NCBI GenBank assembly: GCA_000434675.1
Contig: HF988637.1
Location: 31,244 to 95,243 of the forward strand
Length of the DNA stretch: 64,000 nt
DNA from: Faecalibacterium sp. CAG:1138
Lineage (GTDB): Bacteria; Bacillota; Clostridia; Christensenellales; CAG-917
Reading direction: 5' to 3'
This document shows, one piece after another, positions 9,537 to 18,060 of this stretch (positions are counted from its first letter, which is position 1; every line of letters starts with the position of its first letter). A program made the translations under genes and the position numbers. The notes beneath the pieces are model-generated. The model did not search any database. It saw only the letters and a list, made by a program, of their open reading frames with translations, and had not been told where the DNA came from.

Positions 9537-10016
9537 ATGATAAATTTTAACGATATGGACAAATGTATGACTTCGGGGCTTAACTTCGGCAGTTTCGTTA
9601 CCTCGGGCAAAAAACCAAACGTCATGACGGCGTCGTGGGGCTTTTTCGGCGTTATGTGGCATAAAAAAATCGTCATCGTGCCGATAAGAGAATCACGCTT
9701 TACAAAGTCGTTCGTGGACGAAACGGGAGAGTTTACGCTCAGCATTCCGACAGAAGGCGACATGAAGGAAGCGCTTCATATCTGCGGAACCAAATCCGGC
9801 CGCGACACCGACAAAATAAGCGAGGCGCACCTCGATATGATCAAGGCCAAAAACGTCGATACCTACGTCGTGGGCGGGTGCGGAAAATATTTTGAGTGCA
9901 AAGTCATTCAGAAGGTGGAAATGCCGCACGAGCTGCCGGACGACATCCGCGCGCGTTGCTACAAGACTCCCGATTATCACACATACTATTTCGGCGAAGT
10001 GGTTGCCGAATACTAA
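9537..10016 (+). CDS. Flavin reductase family protein (FMN-binding split-barrel)
   Basis: ATG 9537 follows AAAGGAGG. The pattern VMTASWG...VIVPIRESR.T is typical of flavin reductase-like domain proteins. About 160 aa. Confidence 0.75.
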   Translation: MINFNDMDKCMTSGLNFGSFVTSGKKPNVMTASWGFFGVMWHKKIVIVPIRESRFTKSFVDETGEFTLSIPTEGDMKEALHICGTKSGRDTDKISEAHLDMIKAKNVDTYVVGGCGKYFECKVIQKVEMPHELPDDIRARCYKTPDYHTYYFGEVVAEY

Positions 10017-10041
10017 AAAAAGAGGCGGAAGCCTCTTTTTC
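10015..10041. terminator. Bidirectional rho-independent terminator
   Basis: A-run 10015-10020, hairpin AGAGGC-ggaa-GCCTCT (10021-10036), then T-run 10037-10040. It lies between convergent CDSs. Confidence 0.75.
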
Positions 10042-10046
10042 GTTTG

Positions 10047-10304
10047 TCAGTCCTTGACCAGTTCCACAAGCATATAGTCGAAGTGCACTTCTTCCATAAA
10101 GTCGCGCGGAAGATATTTTGTCAGGTTGAAAGAATTGAAATGCTTGAAATGGCTGCTGTGCGGCACGGGCGTGCCGACGTCAAGATCCATGCAGATTTTG
10201 TGCAGAGTTTCCTCGTAATACTCCCTGTTCAGAAATTTTTTAAGGGGAAGAATTCTGCTTTCGGTTACGACGTTGTCTTTTACCAGTTTTACCCAAATTT
10301 TCAT
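10047..10304 (-). CDS. Hypothetical small protein (85 aa)
   Basis: ATG is preceded by GGAAGGTG at 5-6 nt spacing. It ends at the shared terminator. I recognise no family. Confidence 0.5.
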   Translation of the reverse strand: MKIWVKLVKDNVVTESRILPLKKFLNREYYEETLHKICMDLDVGTPVPHSSHFKHFNSFNLTKYLPRDFMEEVHFDYMLVELVKD

Positions 10305-10420
10305 TTTGTCACCTTCCGTGTTTTTGCGTTTTTACCATAGCACAATCTTCGGGGTTTGTCAACGACGCCAAGGTATAAATTGCTATCGTATGCAAAAACT
10401 ACCTGAAATCGGAGGTGCTT

Positions 10421-10951
10421 ATGAAAAGCGGAATCGTAAGACGTATTGACGAACTGGGGAGAGTGGTCATACCCAAAGAAATAAGGAAAACCATGCGCAT
10501 CAGAGAAGGCGAGGAACTGGAAATTTTTGTGGACGACGACAAAAATCTGGTGCTTAAAAAATATTCGCCGTTTGCGGGACTTAAGGAAATTTCCGAAGCG
10601 TTCATTTCGGCAGTTCAGAAAACGACCGACTCAGAGGCCGTGGTTTTTGACACGCAAAAGGTGGTGGCGGCAACGGAAAAATATCGCTCTGCGCTTTTGG
10701 GGAAAGAAGTTTCGGACGAGCTTCAGAAAATTATTTCCGACCGAAAAAAGGTGGTGCTGAGAGGTTCGTCGTGCGTTTTTGTGGCGGACGAAAATTTTGA
10801 GGCGACCGAACAGATAATCTGCCCGATAAACTCGATGGGAGAACTGTTGGGCGGCGTTATGTTCTTCAGAACGGACGGAATTCTGGGCGGCTTGGACGTC
10901 AAGCTTTGCGATTTCACGGCGGACTTTTTCAGATGTATAAACGTTCAGTAA
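10421..10951 (+). CDS. spoVT: Stage V sporulation protein T (AbrB-family regulator with GAF-like C-domain)
   Basis: N-terminus MKSGIVRRIDELGRVVIPKEIRKTMRIREGEELEIF is the SpoVT/AbrB swapped-hairpin signature. About 176 aa. ATG 10421 follows GGAGG. Followed by a yabM-yabN-like pair, as in B. subtilis. Confidence 0.9.
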   Translation: MKSGIVRRIDELGRVVIPKEIRKTMRIREGEELEIFVDDDKNLVLKKYSPFAGLKEISEAFISAVQKTTDSEAVVFDTQKVVAATEKYRSALLGKEVSDELQKIISDRKKVVLRGSSCVFVADENFEATEQIICPINSMGELLGGVMFFRTDGILGGLDVKLCDFTADFFRCINVQ

Positions 10952-12507
10952 AAAAATCGGTTATGGGCGGCGCGGCCTATTTGGCGGCGGCTCTCGGGGC
11001 GGCGAAAGTCGTGAGCGCGGTGTTCAGGCTGGCTCTTACAAACGTTCTGGGAGCGGAAGGGTTGGGGCTTTACCAACTGGCGTTCCCCGTTTATTCGTTG
11101 CTCGTAACCGTTACGGCGACGTGTATGTCGGTTGCGGTGTCGAGGCTGGTGGCGGAAAAGGCGGCGTCGGGCGGGATAGGAAGAGAATATCTTTTGCCCG
11201 GCATCGTGCTTGCCGCGCTGCCAAGCGTTTTGCTCGGTGCGGCGGTGCTGCTGTTTTCCGATAAAATTGCGGCCGTTCAGGGCAATTCGGCCGTGAAAAC
11301 GGGATATTTTGCGATAATCCCCGCAGTGATTTTCGTTGCCGCGGGCAGCGTTTTTAAGGGTTGGTTTCAGGGAAGATTCAATCTTGTTCCGACGGCTTTT
11401 TCGGGAGTGTTTTCGCAGGCGGTGAAGCTTGTGGCGGGACTTGGCCTTGCCGTTTACCTCAAAAAGTACGGAACGGCAGGCGCCGTTTTCGGCGCGCTTA
11501 CGGGCGTGGCGATTTCGGAAGCCGCAGGCTGCGTTTATCTCGCGTTCCGTTATTTTAAGGAAACAAAATGCTTGCCTGAACTTGACAGAAAAACTTGTGC
11601 AAAAGACGTTTACAAAGAACTTTTCAAAACGGTGGTTCCGATTATGCTCGGAAGCGTCATATTGCCGATTTCCGGGTTTATCGACACATTTTTGGTTGTT
11701 AACGTGTTAAAAGCGCAGGGTTTGACGACGGAAATTGCCACTTCGGAATACGGATTGATGTCGGGCGCGGTGTCGAGTCTGGTGGGGCTTCCGGTGGCGC
11801 TTGCCGTCGCGTTTTCGGTGGCGGTGGTGCCGGCAGTTGCGGCGTCGGGGGCAGAAAGGAATCTCGACGCCGTTATATCAAAATGCAAAACCTCCGTTAA
11901 GCTTGCCTACCTTGTGGGCGTGCCGGCCACGGCTTTGTTTTTCGCGCTTTCGGGGAACATCATCGCGCTGTTTTATCCGAACCTTTCCGCGGAGGAATCG
12001 GGCCTTGCTGTAAGGCTTTTGACGGTGGCGTGTTTTTCGGCCACGCCGCTGACGCTGCTGCAAATTTACAATTCCATTTTGCAGGCGCTCGGGCGCACTC
12101 TTGACTCGGTGTGGAATATGGTTTTTGCCGTGGCTTTGAAAATTATGCTGTCCGTCGCGCTTATATATACGTCGGGAATAATAGGCTTTGCGGTGGCAAG
12201 TCTGGCGTTTTCGGCGGTTGCCGCGGGGCTTGGCAGGTGGCGAATAAGAAAACTTTTGGGAAACGGCGTAAAACTTTTGAAAAATGCGTACGAAATCGTG
12301 CTGAGTGGTGTTATAATAGGCGTAGCGGCATATTTCGTGCAAAAGGCGTTTCAGCGGCCGATTCTTTCGGTGGCGTTTGCGGCGGTTGCCGCAGGGGCGC
12401 TTTACGTCGTTTGCGTCTTTGCATTCAAAGTGCTTGACGAAGAGGAAATGTCGTCGTTGCCGCTATTTGGAAAACGATCGAAAAAAATTGGAGAGGAAGA
12501 CTTATGA
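10933..12507 (+). CDS. MOP-superfamily flippase (SpoVB / YabM-like polysaccharide or lipid II flippase)
   Basis: About 525 aa with ~14 TM spans. The N-terminus has the ...GAEGLGLYQLAFPVY pattern of the MurJ/SpoVB family. Start chosen at ATG 10933, overlapping the spoVT end. Synteny is spoVT-yabM-yabN. Confidence 0.8.
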   Translation: MYKRSVKKSVMGGAAYLAAALGAAKVVSAVFRLALTNVLGAEGLGLYQLAFPVYSLLVTVTATCMSVAVSRLVAEKAASGGIGREYLLPGIVLAALPSVLLGAAVLLFSDKIAAVQGNSAVKTGYFAIIPAVIFVAAGSVFKGWFQGRFNLVPTAFSGVFSQAVKLVAGLGLAVYLKKYGTAGAVFGALTGVAISEAAGCVYLAFRYFKETKCLPELDRKTCAKDVYKELFKTVVPIMLGSVILPISGFIDTFLVVNVLKAQGLTTEIATSEYGLMSGAVSSLVGLPVALAVAFSVAVVPAVAASGAERNLDAVISKCKTSVKLAYLVGVPATALFFALSGNIIALFYPNLSAEESGLAVRLLTVACFSATPLTLLQIYNSILQALGRTLDSVWNMVFAVALKIMLSVALIYTSGIIGFAVASLAFSAVAAGLGRWRIRKLLGNGVKLLKNAYEIVLSGVIIGVAAYFVQKAFQRPILSVAFAAVAAGALYVVCVFAFKVLDEEEMSSLPLFGKRSKKIGEEDL

Positions 12508-13919
12508 TAACCGTAGTTGGACTTGGAATTTTGGAAAATCAGATTACGCTGGAGGGCGCGGAAGCCGTGAAGGCCGCGGACAAGGTTTTCGTTAAAACCG
12601 CGTTGACGCCTACCTATAAATATTTTGAAAACAACGGAGTTGCGGCGGAAAGTTTCGACGGCGTTTTTGAAACGGCCGAAAACTTTGACGAGCTGGACGA
12701 GAAAATCATCGAAAGGCTTATTAAAGAGGGTGAAAGCAAAAACGTTGCTTTCTGCGTGAACGGCGACGGCGCGTCGGACGGGACGGCGGCGAAGCTTTTA
12801 GAAAGACGAGAAGGCGTCAGGCTGGTGCCCGGGATTTCCGTTGCGGCGGTGGCAAGAGCGTTTGCGCCGTCCACTTCGGGGGCGGAGTATGCCGCTTCTG
12901 ACGTTGTGGCGAAATCCGATTTTTCGACAGACAAACGTGTCCCTTTGACAATCAGGGAAATCGACGACAAGTTTATGGCGAGCGAAGTGAAAGAAAAGCT
13001 TGCCGACTGTTACGGCTACGGCGAAACCTGCTACATACTTAAAACGAAAAACGGAAAAATCGTTTCCGAAAAAATCACGGTTGACGACATAGACAAGGGC
13101 GACGGGTTCGACTGTTCGACCGCCGTTATTCTGCCGCCTACCGACCTTTTGAAAAGCGAAAGATACGGCTTTTACGATTTGCTTCAGATTATGGACAGAC
13201 TGCTTGCCGAAGACGGTTGCCCGTGGGATCGGGCGCAAACGCATAAGAGCATAAGGAAAAGTCTGATCGAGGAAGCGTACGAGCTTTGCGACGCAATTTC
13301 CGAGGACGATCTGGAAAATATGGTAGAGGAGACCGGCGACGTTATGTTGCAGGCGGTTTTCCACGGAAAGCTTGGGGAAAAGGACGGAGAGTTCGACGTT
13401 GCCGACACCATCACGGGGCTTTGCAAAAAACTGATTTCCCGTCATACGCACGTTTTCGGCGACGTGAAGGTTTCGACGGGGGAAGAGGCCTTGAAAGTCT
13501 GGGAACAGAACAAGGCCGTCGAAAAGAAAACGGAAACCGCATCTCAAAAAATCGACAAAATCGCAAAGAGTCTGCCGAGCTTAAGTTACGCCGAAAAAGT
13601 GTTGAAATACGCCGCAAAGGACGGCTTCGAGTGGACGCAGGACGACAGCTACTACGACAAGGTGGCAGAGGAGCTTAACGAGCTCAGAACCGCTTCTCCG
13701 GAAGACGCCGAAATGGAAGCGGGGGATTTGCTGCTGTCGGTGCTGAATCCGTTGAGGCATCTGCACATCAATCCCGAAGTTGCCTTGAGAGTTGCGACTC
13801 AAAAATTTATAAATCGTTTCAAGCACGTGCAGGCGGCCATGACGCGCGACGGACTTAAAATCGACGATCCCGAGGTCTTTGACAGATACTGGGACGAAGC
13901 AAAAAAGGTTTACAGATGA
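12504..13919 (+). CDS. yabN: YabN-type fusion: tetrapyrrole-methylase-like domain + MazG nucleotide pyrophosphohydrolase
   Basis: N-terminus MITVVGLG...AE.VKAADKVFVKT is TP-methylase-like. The C-half has two MazG motifs (EEAYELCDAI...EETGDVMLQ, and EELNEL...EAGDLLLS). ATGA overlap with the upstream gene. Confidence 0.85.
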   Translation: MITVVGLGILENQITLEGAEAVKAADKVFVKTALTPTYKYFENNGVAAESFDGVFETAENFDELDEKIIERLIKEGESKNVAFCVNGDGASDGTAAKLLERREGVRLVPGISVAAVARAFAPSTSGAEYAASDVVAKSDFSTDKRVPLTIREIDDKFMASEVKEKLADCYGYGETCYILKTKNGKIVSEKITVDDIDKGDGFDCSTAVILPPTDLLKSERYGFYDLLQIMDRLLAEDGCPWDRAQTHKSIRKSLIEEAYELCDAISEDDLENMVEETGDVMLQAVFHGKLGEKDGEFDVADTITGLCKKLISRHTHVFGDVKVSTGEEALKVWEQNKAVEKKTETASQKIDKIAKSLPSLSYAEKVLKYAAKDGFEWTQDDSYYDKVAEELNELRTASPEDAEMEAGDLLLSVLNPLRHLHINPEVALRVATQKFINRFKHVQAAMTRDGLKIDDPEVFDRYWDEAKKVYR

Positions 13920-14860
13920 AAATAGGCGACGTACAACTTGAAAACAATCTTCTTCTGGCGCCGCTTGCAGGGTTCACGGACGTCGGGTTCAGAAGGCTTG
14001 CCGCTTCTTTCGGCGCAGGACTAACGTGCACGGAAATGGTCAGCGCGAAGGGCTTGGTGAAAAATCCGAAGGCCGCAAAACCGCTTTTGGCCGTGTCGGA
14101 AGAAGAAAAAACGGTGGCGGTTCAGATATTCGGCGCAGAGCCTGAGTATATGTATCGAGCGGCAAAGCACGAGTTTTTGGAAAGATTTGACGTTATAGAC
14201 ATAAACGCGGGTTGCCCGGTGGCAAAAGTGGTCGGAAACGGCGAGGGCAGCGCGCTGCTCAAGGATCCGATAAGGCTGTCGGAAGTCGTGGCCGCAACGG
14301 TTGAGGGCGCGGGGAAAAGGCCCGTTACCGTAAAGATGCGCCTGGGCTTTTCAGGCGGTGATTTTTGCGCGGACAAAAACGCGGAAATTGTCGAAAAAGC
14401 GGGAGCAAAGGCCGTAACCGTGCACGGAAGAACGAGGAGCCAGTTTTATTCGGGCGAGGCGAATTACGAGCTTATCGCCGAAGTGAAAAAGGCGGTGAAT
14501 ATCCCCGTCGTCGCTAACGGCGACGTAACGGACAAAAAAAGCCTCAAAAGGTGTCTGGAGATAACGGGCGCGGACGCCGTGGCGATAGGGAGAGGCGCGC
14601 TCGGCAGGCCGTGGATATTTGCAGAACTTATGGATAAAGAGCCGATTTTCGACCTTGAAACCCTTATTTTGCAACATATCGAGGATTTGAGAAGCATTTA
14701 CGGCGACTATGTTGCCGCAAACGAAATGAAGAAACACGTCTGCTGTTACCTTAAGGGAAGACGAGGCGTGTCCGCCCTCAAGAACAAGTTTATGACGCTT
14801 AAAAACGTTGAGGAAGAAATAGAAGCGGTGAAGGCCGTTTTCGGGGAGGGAGCTTTATGA
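13916..14860 (+). CDS. dusB: tRNA-dihydrouridine synthase
   Basis: Motifs LAPLAGFTD, IDINAGCP, VTVKMRLG and VTVHGRT are all Dus-family motifs. 314 aa. ATGA overlap with the upstream gene. Confidence 0.85.
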   Translation: MKIGDVQLENNLLLAPLAGFTDVGFRRLAASFGAGLTCTEMVSAKGLVKNPKAAKPLLAVSEEEKTVAVQIFGAEPEYMYRAAKHEFLERFDVIDINAGCPVAKVVGNGEGSALLKDPIRLSEVVAATVEGAGKRPVTVKMRLGFSGGDFCADKNAEIVEKAGAKAVTVHGRTRSQFYSGEANYELIAEVKKAVNIPVVANGDVTDKKSLKRCLEITGADAVAIGRGALGRPWIFAELMDKEPIFDLETLILQHIEDLRSIYGDYVAANEMKKHVCCYLKGRRGVSALKNKFMTLKNVEEEIEAVKAVFGEGAL

Positions 14861-15336
14861 ACGTGGTTTTGTTTGAACCCGAAATACCGCAAAATACCGG
14901 AAACATCGTCAGAACCTGCGCGGCGACGGGCACGAGATTGCACCTTATAAAACCGCTTGGGTTCGAGCTGTCGGACAAGTATCTTAAGCGCGCGGGGCTG
15001 GACTATTGGGCGGACTGCGACATAAAGATTTACGAAAATTTCGACGAATTCAAAACGCAAAATCCGGGACGGTATTTTTACGCCAGCACGAAGTCGCAAA
15101 AGCGTTACGACGCGGTGAAATTCGAGCCGTCCGACTACGTGATTTTCGGGCCGGAAACGCGCGGACTTCCCGAGGAAATGCTGCACGGAAGCTACGACAG
15201 GTGCATAAGAATTCCGATGATCGGAAGCACCAGAAGCCTGAATTTGTCCAACAGCGTGGCCATAATTTTGTACGAGGCTTTGCGCCAGCAAAATTTTGAC
15301 GGACTTAACGAAATCGGTCATCTGACGAAATATTGA
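14857..15336 (+). CDS. trmL: tRNA (cytidine/uridine-2'-O)-methyltransferase TrmL (SpoU/TrmH family)
   Basis: 159 aa. Contains LFEPEIPQNTGNIVRTCAATG..LHLI.PLGF and C-terminal IPM....RSLNLSNSVAI, the SPOUT knot motifs. Confidence 0.85.
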   Translation: MNVVLFEPEIPQNTGNIVRTCAATGTRLHLIKPLGFELSDKYLKRAGLDYWADCDIKIYENFDEFKTQNPGRYFYASTKSQKRYDAVKFEPSDYVIFGPETRGLPEEMLHGSYDRCIRIPMIGSTRSLNLSNSVAIILYEALRQQNFDGLNEIGHLTKY

Positions 15337-15340
15337 CGTA

Positions 15341-15364
15341 AGCCGCCTTTCGGGGCGGTTTTTG
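15341..15364 (+). terminator. Rho-independent terminator after trmL
   Basis: Stem CCGCC/GGCGG (15343-15347 / 15354-15358) with flanking A-T and G-U pairs, followed by T5. Confidence 0.6.
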
Positions 15365-15388
15365 TGTGCGAAAAATGCGGTGGAATTG

Positions 15389-15417
15389 TTGCATAATTTA
15401 AGTATATATGATATAAT
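15389..15417 (+). promoter_or_regulatory. Sigma-A-type promoter of the glycolytic operon
   Basis: TTGCAT (15389-15394), 17 nt spacer, TATAAT (15412-15417), about 40 nt upstream of the pgk ATG. Confidence 0.5.
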
Positions 15418-15458
15418 AGCTGACAGATTAAAAAGAATATCAATAAGGAGATATTTTT

Positions 15459-16775
15459 ATGAATAAAAAAACAATCAGAGACGTTGACGTCAAAGGCAAA
15501 AGATGCTTGGTCAGGTGCGACTTTAACGTGCCTATGAAAGACGGCGTTATCACCGATGAAAACCGCATCAACGGCGCGCTTCCTACCATCAAATATTTGA
15601 TCGAACACGGCGCGAAAGTTATTCTTTGCTCCCACATGGGCAAACCTCACAACGTTTTGTCGGAAGGCTGGGGCCTGAACAAAAAAGAAAAAGCAAAGCT
15701 CGAAGCTATGCCTGAGGGCGAAAGAGAAGCCGCAAAAGCGGATATGATGAAAAAAGCGGCGAAGGATCGCGAAAAATATTCCCTCCGTCCGGTTGCTGAA
15801 AAACTGTCGGAAAAACTGGGACAGGAAGTTAAGATGAGCGACGATTTCGTCGGCCCTTGCAGCGATAAACTGGTGGAAAACATCAAGGACGGCGAAGTGA
15901 TTTTGCTTGAAAACACCCGTTTCGACAAAGGCGAAGAGAAGAGGGACGAAGCGCTTTGCAAGAAGCTTGCTTCCTACTGCGATATCTACGTCAACGACGC
16001 GTTCGGCACCGCTCACAGAAGCCACGCCACCACTGCGGCTATCGCCGAATACGGTTTCGTCAAAACCGCCGTTTGCGGATTTTTGATCGAAAAAGAACTG
16101 TCGGTTATGGCAGACACGCTGGAACATCCGGTTCGTCCGTTCGTGGCAATCCTCGGCGGCGCGAAAGTTGCCGACAAGCTTAACGTTATCGACAACCTGC
16201 TCACCAAGTGCGACACCCTTATCATCGGCGGCGGCATGAGCTATACGTTCGCAAAAGCGCAGGGCTACGAAATCGGCCTGTCCCTTTGCGACGACAGCAA
16301 AATCGACTACTGCAAAGAAATGCTTAAAAAAGCAAAGGATCTCGGCAAAAAACTGCTGCTTCCGGTTGACGCCGTTTGCACAAAGGTTTTCCCTGATCCT
16401 ATCGACGCCGAAATCGAAACCACAACCGTGGATATCGACAAAATCCCTGCGGACATGATGGGTATGGACATCGGCCCGAAGACCGCAAAACTTTACGCGG
16501 ACGAAATCAAGAGCGCAAAATCCGTTATCTGGAACGGACCTATGGGCGTTTTTGAAAATCCTATCCTTGCAAAGGGAACGATTGCCGTTGCCAAAGCGCT
16601 TGCGGAAGCTACGGACGCAACCACCATCATCGGCGGCGGCGACAGCGCGGCGGCGGCCTTGCAGCTCGGATTTGCCGACAAGATGACTCACATCTCCACC
16701 GGCGGCGGAGCAAGCCTCGAGCTGTTCGAGGGCAAGGTTCTGCCGGGCATCGCGTGCCTTAACGACAAGGACTAA
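15459..16775 (+). CDS. pgk: Phosphoglycerate kinase (carries a ~35-40 aa insertion)
   Basis: N-terminus ...[12 protein letters not shown]...ITD..RI and C-terminus ...[24 protein letters not shown]. 438 aa versus about 395-400 aa typical. Confidence 0.95.
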   Translation: MNKKTIRDVDVKGKRCLVRCDFNVPMKDGVITDENRINGALPTIKYLIEHGAKVILCSHMGKPHNVLSEGWGLNKKEKAKLEAMPEGEREAAKADMMKKAAKDREKYSLRPVAEKLSEKLGQEVKMSDDFVGPCSDKLVENIKDGEVILLENTRFDKGEEKRDEALCKKLASYCDIYVNDAFGTAHRSHATTAAIAEYGFVKTAVCGFLIEKELSVMADTLEHPVRPFVAILGGAKVADKLNVIDNLLTKCDTLIIGGGMSYTFAKAQGYEIGLSLCDDSKIDYCKEMLKKAKDLGKKLLLPVDAVCTKVFPDPIDAEIETTTVDIDKIPADMMGMDIGPKTAKLYADEIKSAKSVIWNGPMGVFENPILAKGTIAVAKALAEATDATTIIGGGDSAAAALQLGFADKMTHISTGGGASLELFEGKVLPGIACLNDKD

Positions 16776-16923
16776 GACCATGGCTATGTCTAACGACAGC
16801 GCTTCGGCCGGCGCCGCGTTGTTTGCGGCCACGAACATGTCGATGTTTGCCATGATAGAGGCGAACCGAGCGGCTCAAAGGCAGCAAACGATTATGGCCG
16901 TTATTAATAATAAGGAGTACGTT

Positions 16924-17124
16924 ATGGACAACAAATTGCTTCAACAGCTTAAAGACGAAGGTATCGAAATTACCGTTACCGTTATGGACAATTTCGGAAT
17001 CAAAGGCCGCATCGCCGATTTCGACGACTGCTTCATTCGTCTCGAATCCGATCAAAGAAACTTCAAGAAAAAAGTTCAGCTTCTTAACCGTCTTTTCATC
17101 ACCAAAATCGTGGTAAAAGAATAA
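16924..17124 (+). CDS. Sm-like / Hfq-like small protein (66 aa)
   Basis: ATG 16924 lies 6 nt after AAGGAG. The pattern IEITVTVMDNFGIKGRIADFDDCFIRLES....KKKVQLLNRLFITKIVV resembles the Sm1/Sm2 beta-strand pattern of Hfq (V.I.L.NG..L.G.I..FD.F.I.L). The listed 114-aa ORF starts upstream at 16780. Confidence 0.5.
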   Translation: MDNKLLQQLKDEGIEITVTVMDNFGIKGRIADFDDCFIRLESDQRNFKKKVQLLNRLFITKIVVKE

Positions 17125-17180
17125 AAAATTTAAAATTCTCGCCTTAGGGCGTTACAAAAATAATAAAAGAGGTATTAAAA

Positions 17181-17936
17181 ATGAGAAAACCAATAATTGC
17201 CGGCAACTGGAAAATGAACAACACGATAGCGGCCACCAAGGCTCTTATCACCGACCTTCTTCCGCTTGTTAAGGACGCAAAATGCGACGTGGTTATCTGC
17301 ACTCCGTACACCGATTTGGCTACCGCGGTCGAAATGACCAAGGGCAGCAACGTCAAAGTGGGCGCCGAAAACGTGCACTGGGCGGAAAAGGGAGCTTTCA
17401 CCGGTGAAATTTCCGCAGATATGCTTTTGGAACTCGGCGTCGAATACGTCATCATCGGCCACAGCGAACGCCGTCAATATTTCGGCGAAACCGATCAGAC
17501 CGTAAATATGAGGGTTAAAACCGCTCTCGCAAAAGGCCTCAAACCTATCGTTTGCGTCGGAGAAACTCTGGAAGAAAGAGAAGGCGGCAAGGTGGAAGAA
17601 GTGCTCGTTCGCCAAACCACCGAGGCTTTGAAAGACGTCGCTTCGGCAGACCTTGACAGAGTGGTTATCGCTTACGAACCTGTCTGGGCTATCGGCACCG
17701 GCAAAACCGCAACCGCAGAAGTTGCCAACGACACCATCAAAATCATTCGCGACACCGTCAGGAATCTTTACTGCGCAAACTGCGCCGAAAACAAGGTTCG
17801 TATTCAGTACGGCGGCAGCATGAATCCTAAAAACGTCAAAGAACTTATGGCCATGCCTGAAATCGACGGCGGCCTCATCGGCGGAGCAAGCCTTAAGGCG
17901 GTTGACTTCAGCCTCGTCGTAAACTACGACGCATAA
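17181..17936 (+). CDS. tpiA: Triosephosphate isomerase
   Basis: Contains IAGNWKMN, GHSERR and AYEPVWAIGTGKTAT. 251 aa. Confidence 0.95.
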   Translation: MRKPIIAGNWKMNNTIAATKALITDLLPLVKDAKCDVVICTPYTDLATAVEMTKGSNVKVGAENVHWAEKGAFTGEISADMLLELGVEYVIIGHSERRQYFGETDQTVNMRVKTALAKGLKPIVCVGETLEEREGGKVEEVLVRQTTEALKDVASADLDRVVIAYEPVWAIGTGKTATAEVANDTIKIIRDTVRNLYCANCAENKVRIQYGGSMNPKNVKELMAMPEIDGGLIGGASLKAVDFSLVVNYDA

Positions 17937-18060
17937 CCTAAATTAATCATTCGTTTGGTTGCCCTTGCTTTGCAAGGGCAGACCGAGCGGAAAAATCTGC
18001 CGGGTTTCCGGCCTTACTTTGAAAATGAATTCCGTTCCGAAAGGGACGGCGGAGGCATAT

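Noticed and set aside
16780-16923. The full 114-aa version of the ORF between pgk and tpiA as the primary gene model.
   Set aside because: The first 48 codons are Ala/Met-rich low-complexity sequence, and the internal ATG 16924 has a much better SD at ideal spacing. I kept it as an open alternative in the findings rather than as the feature call.
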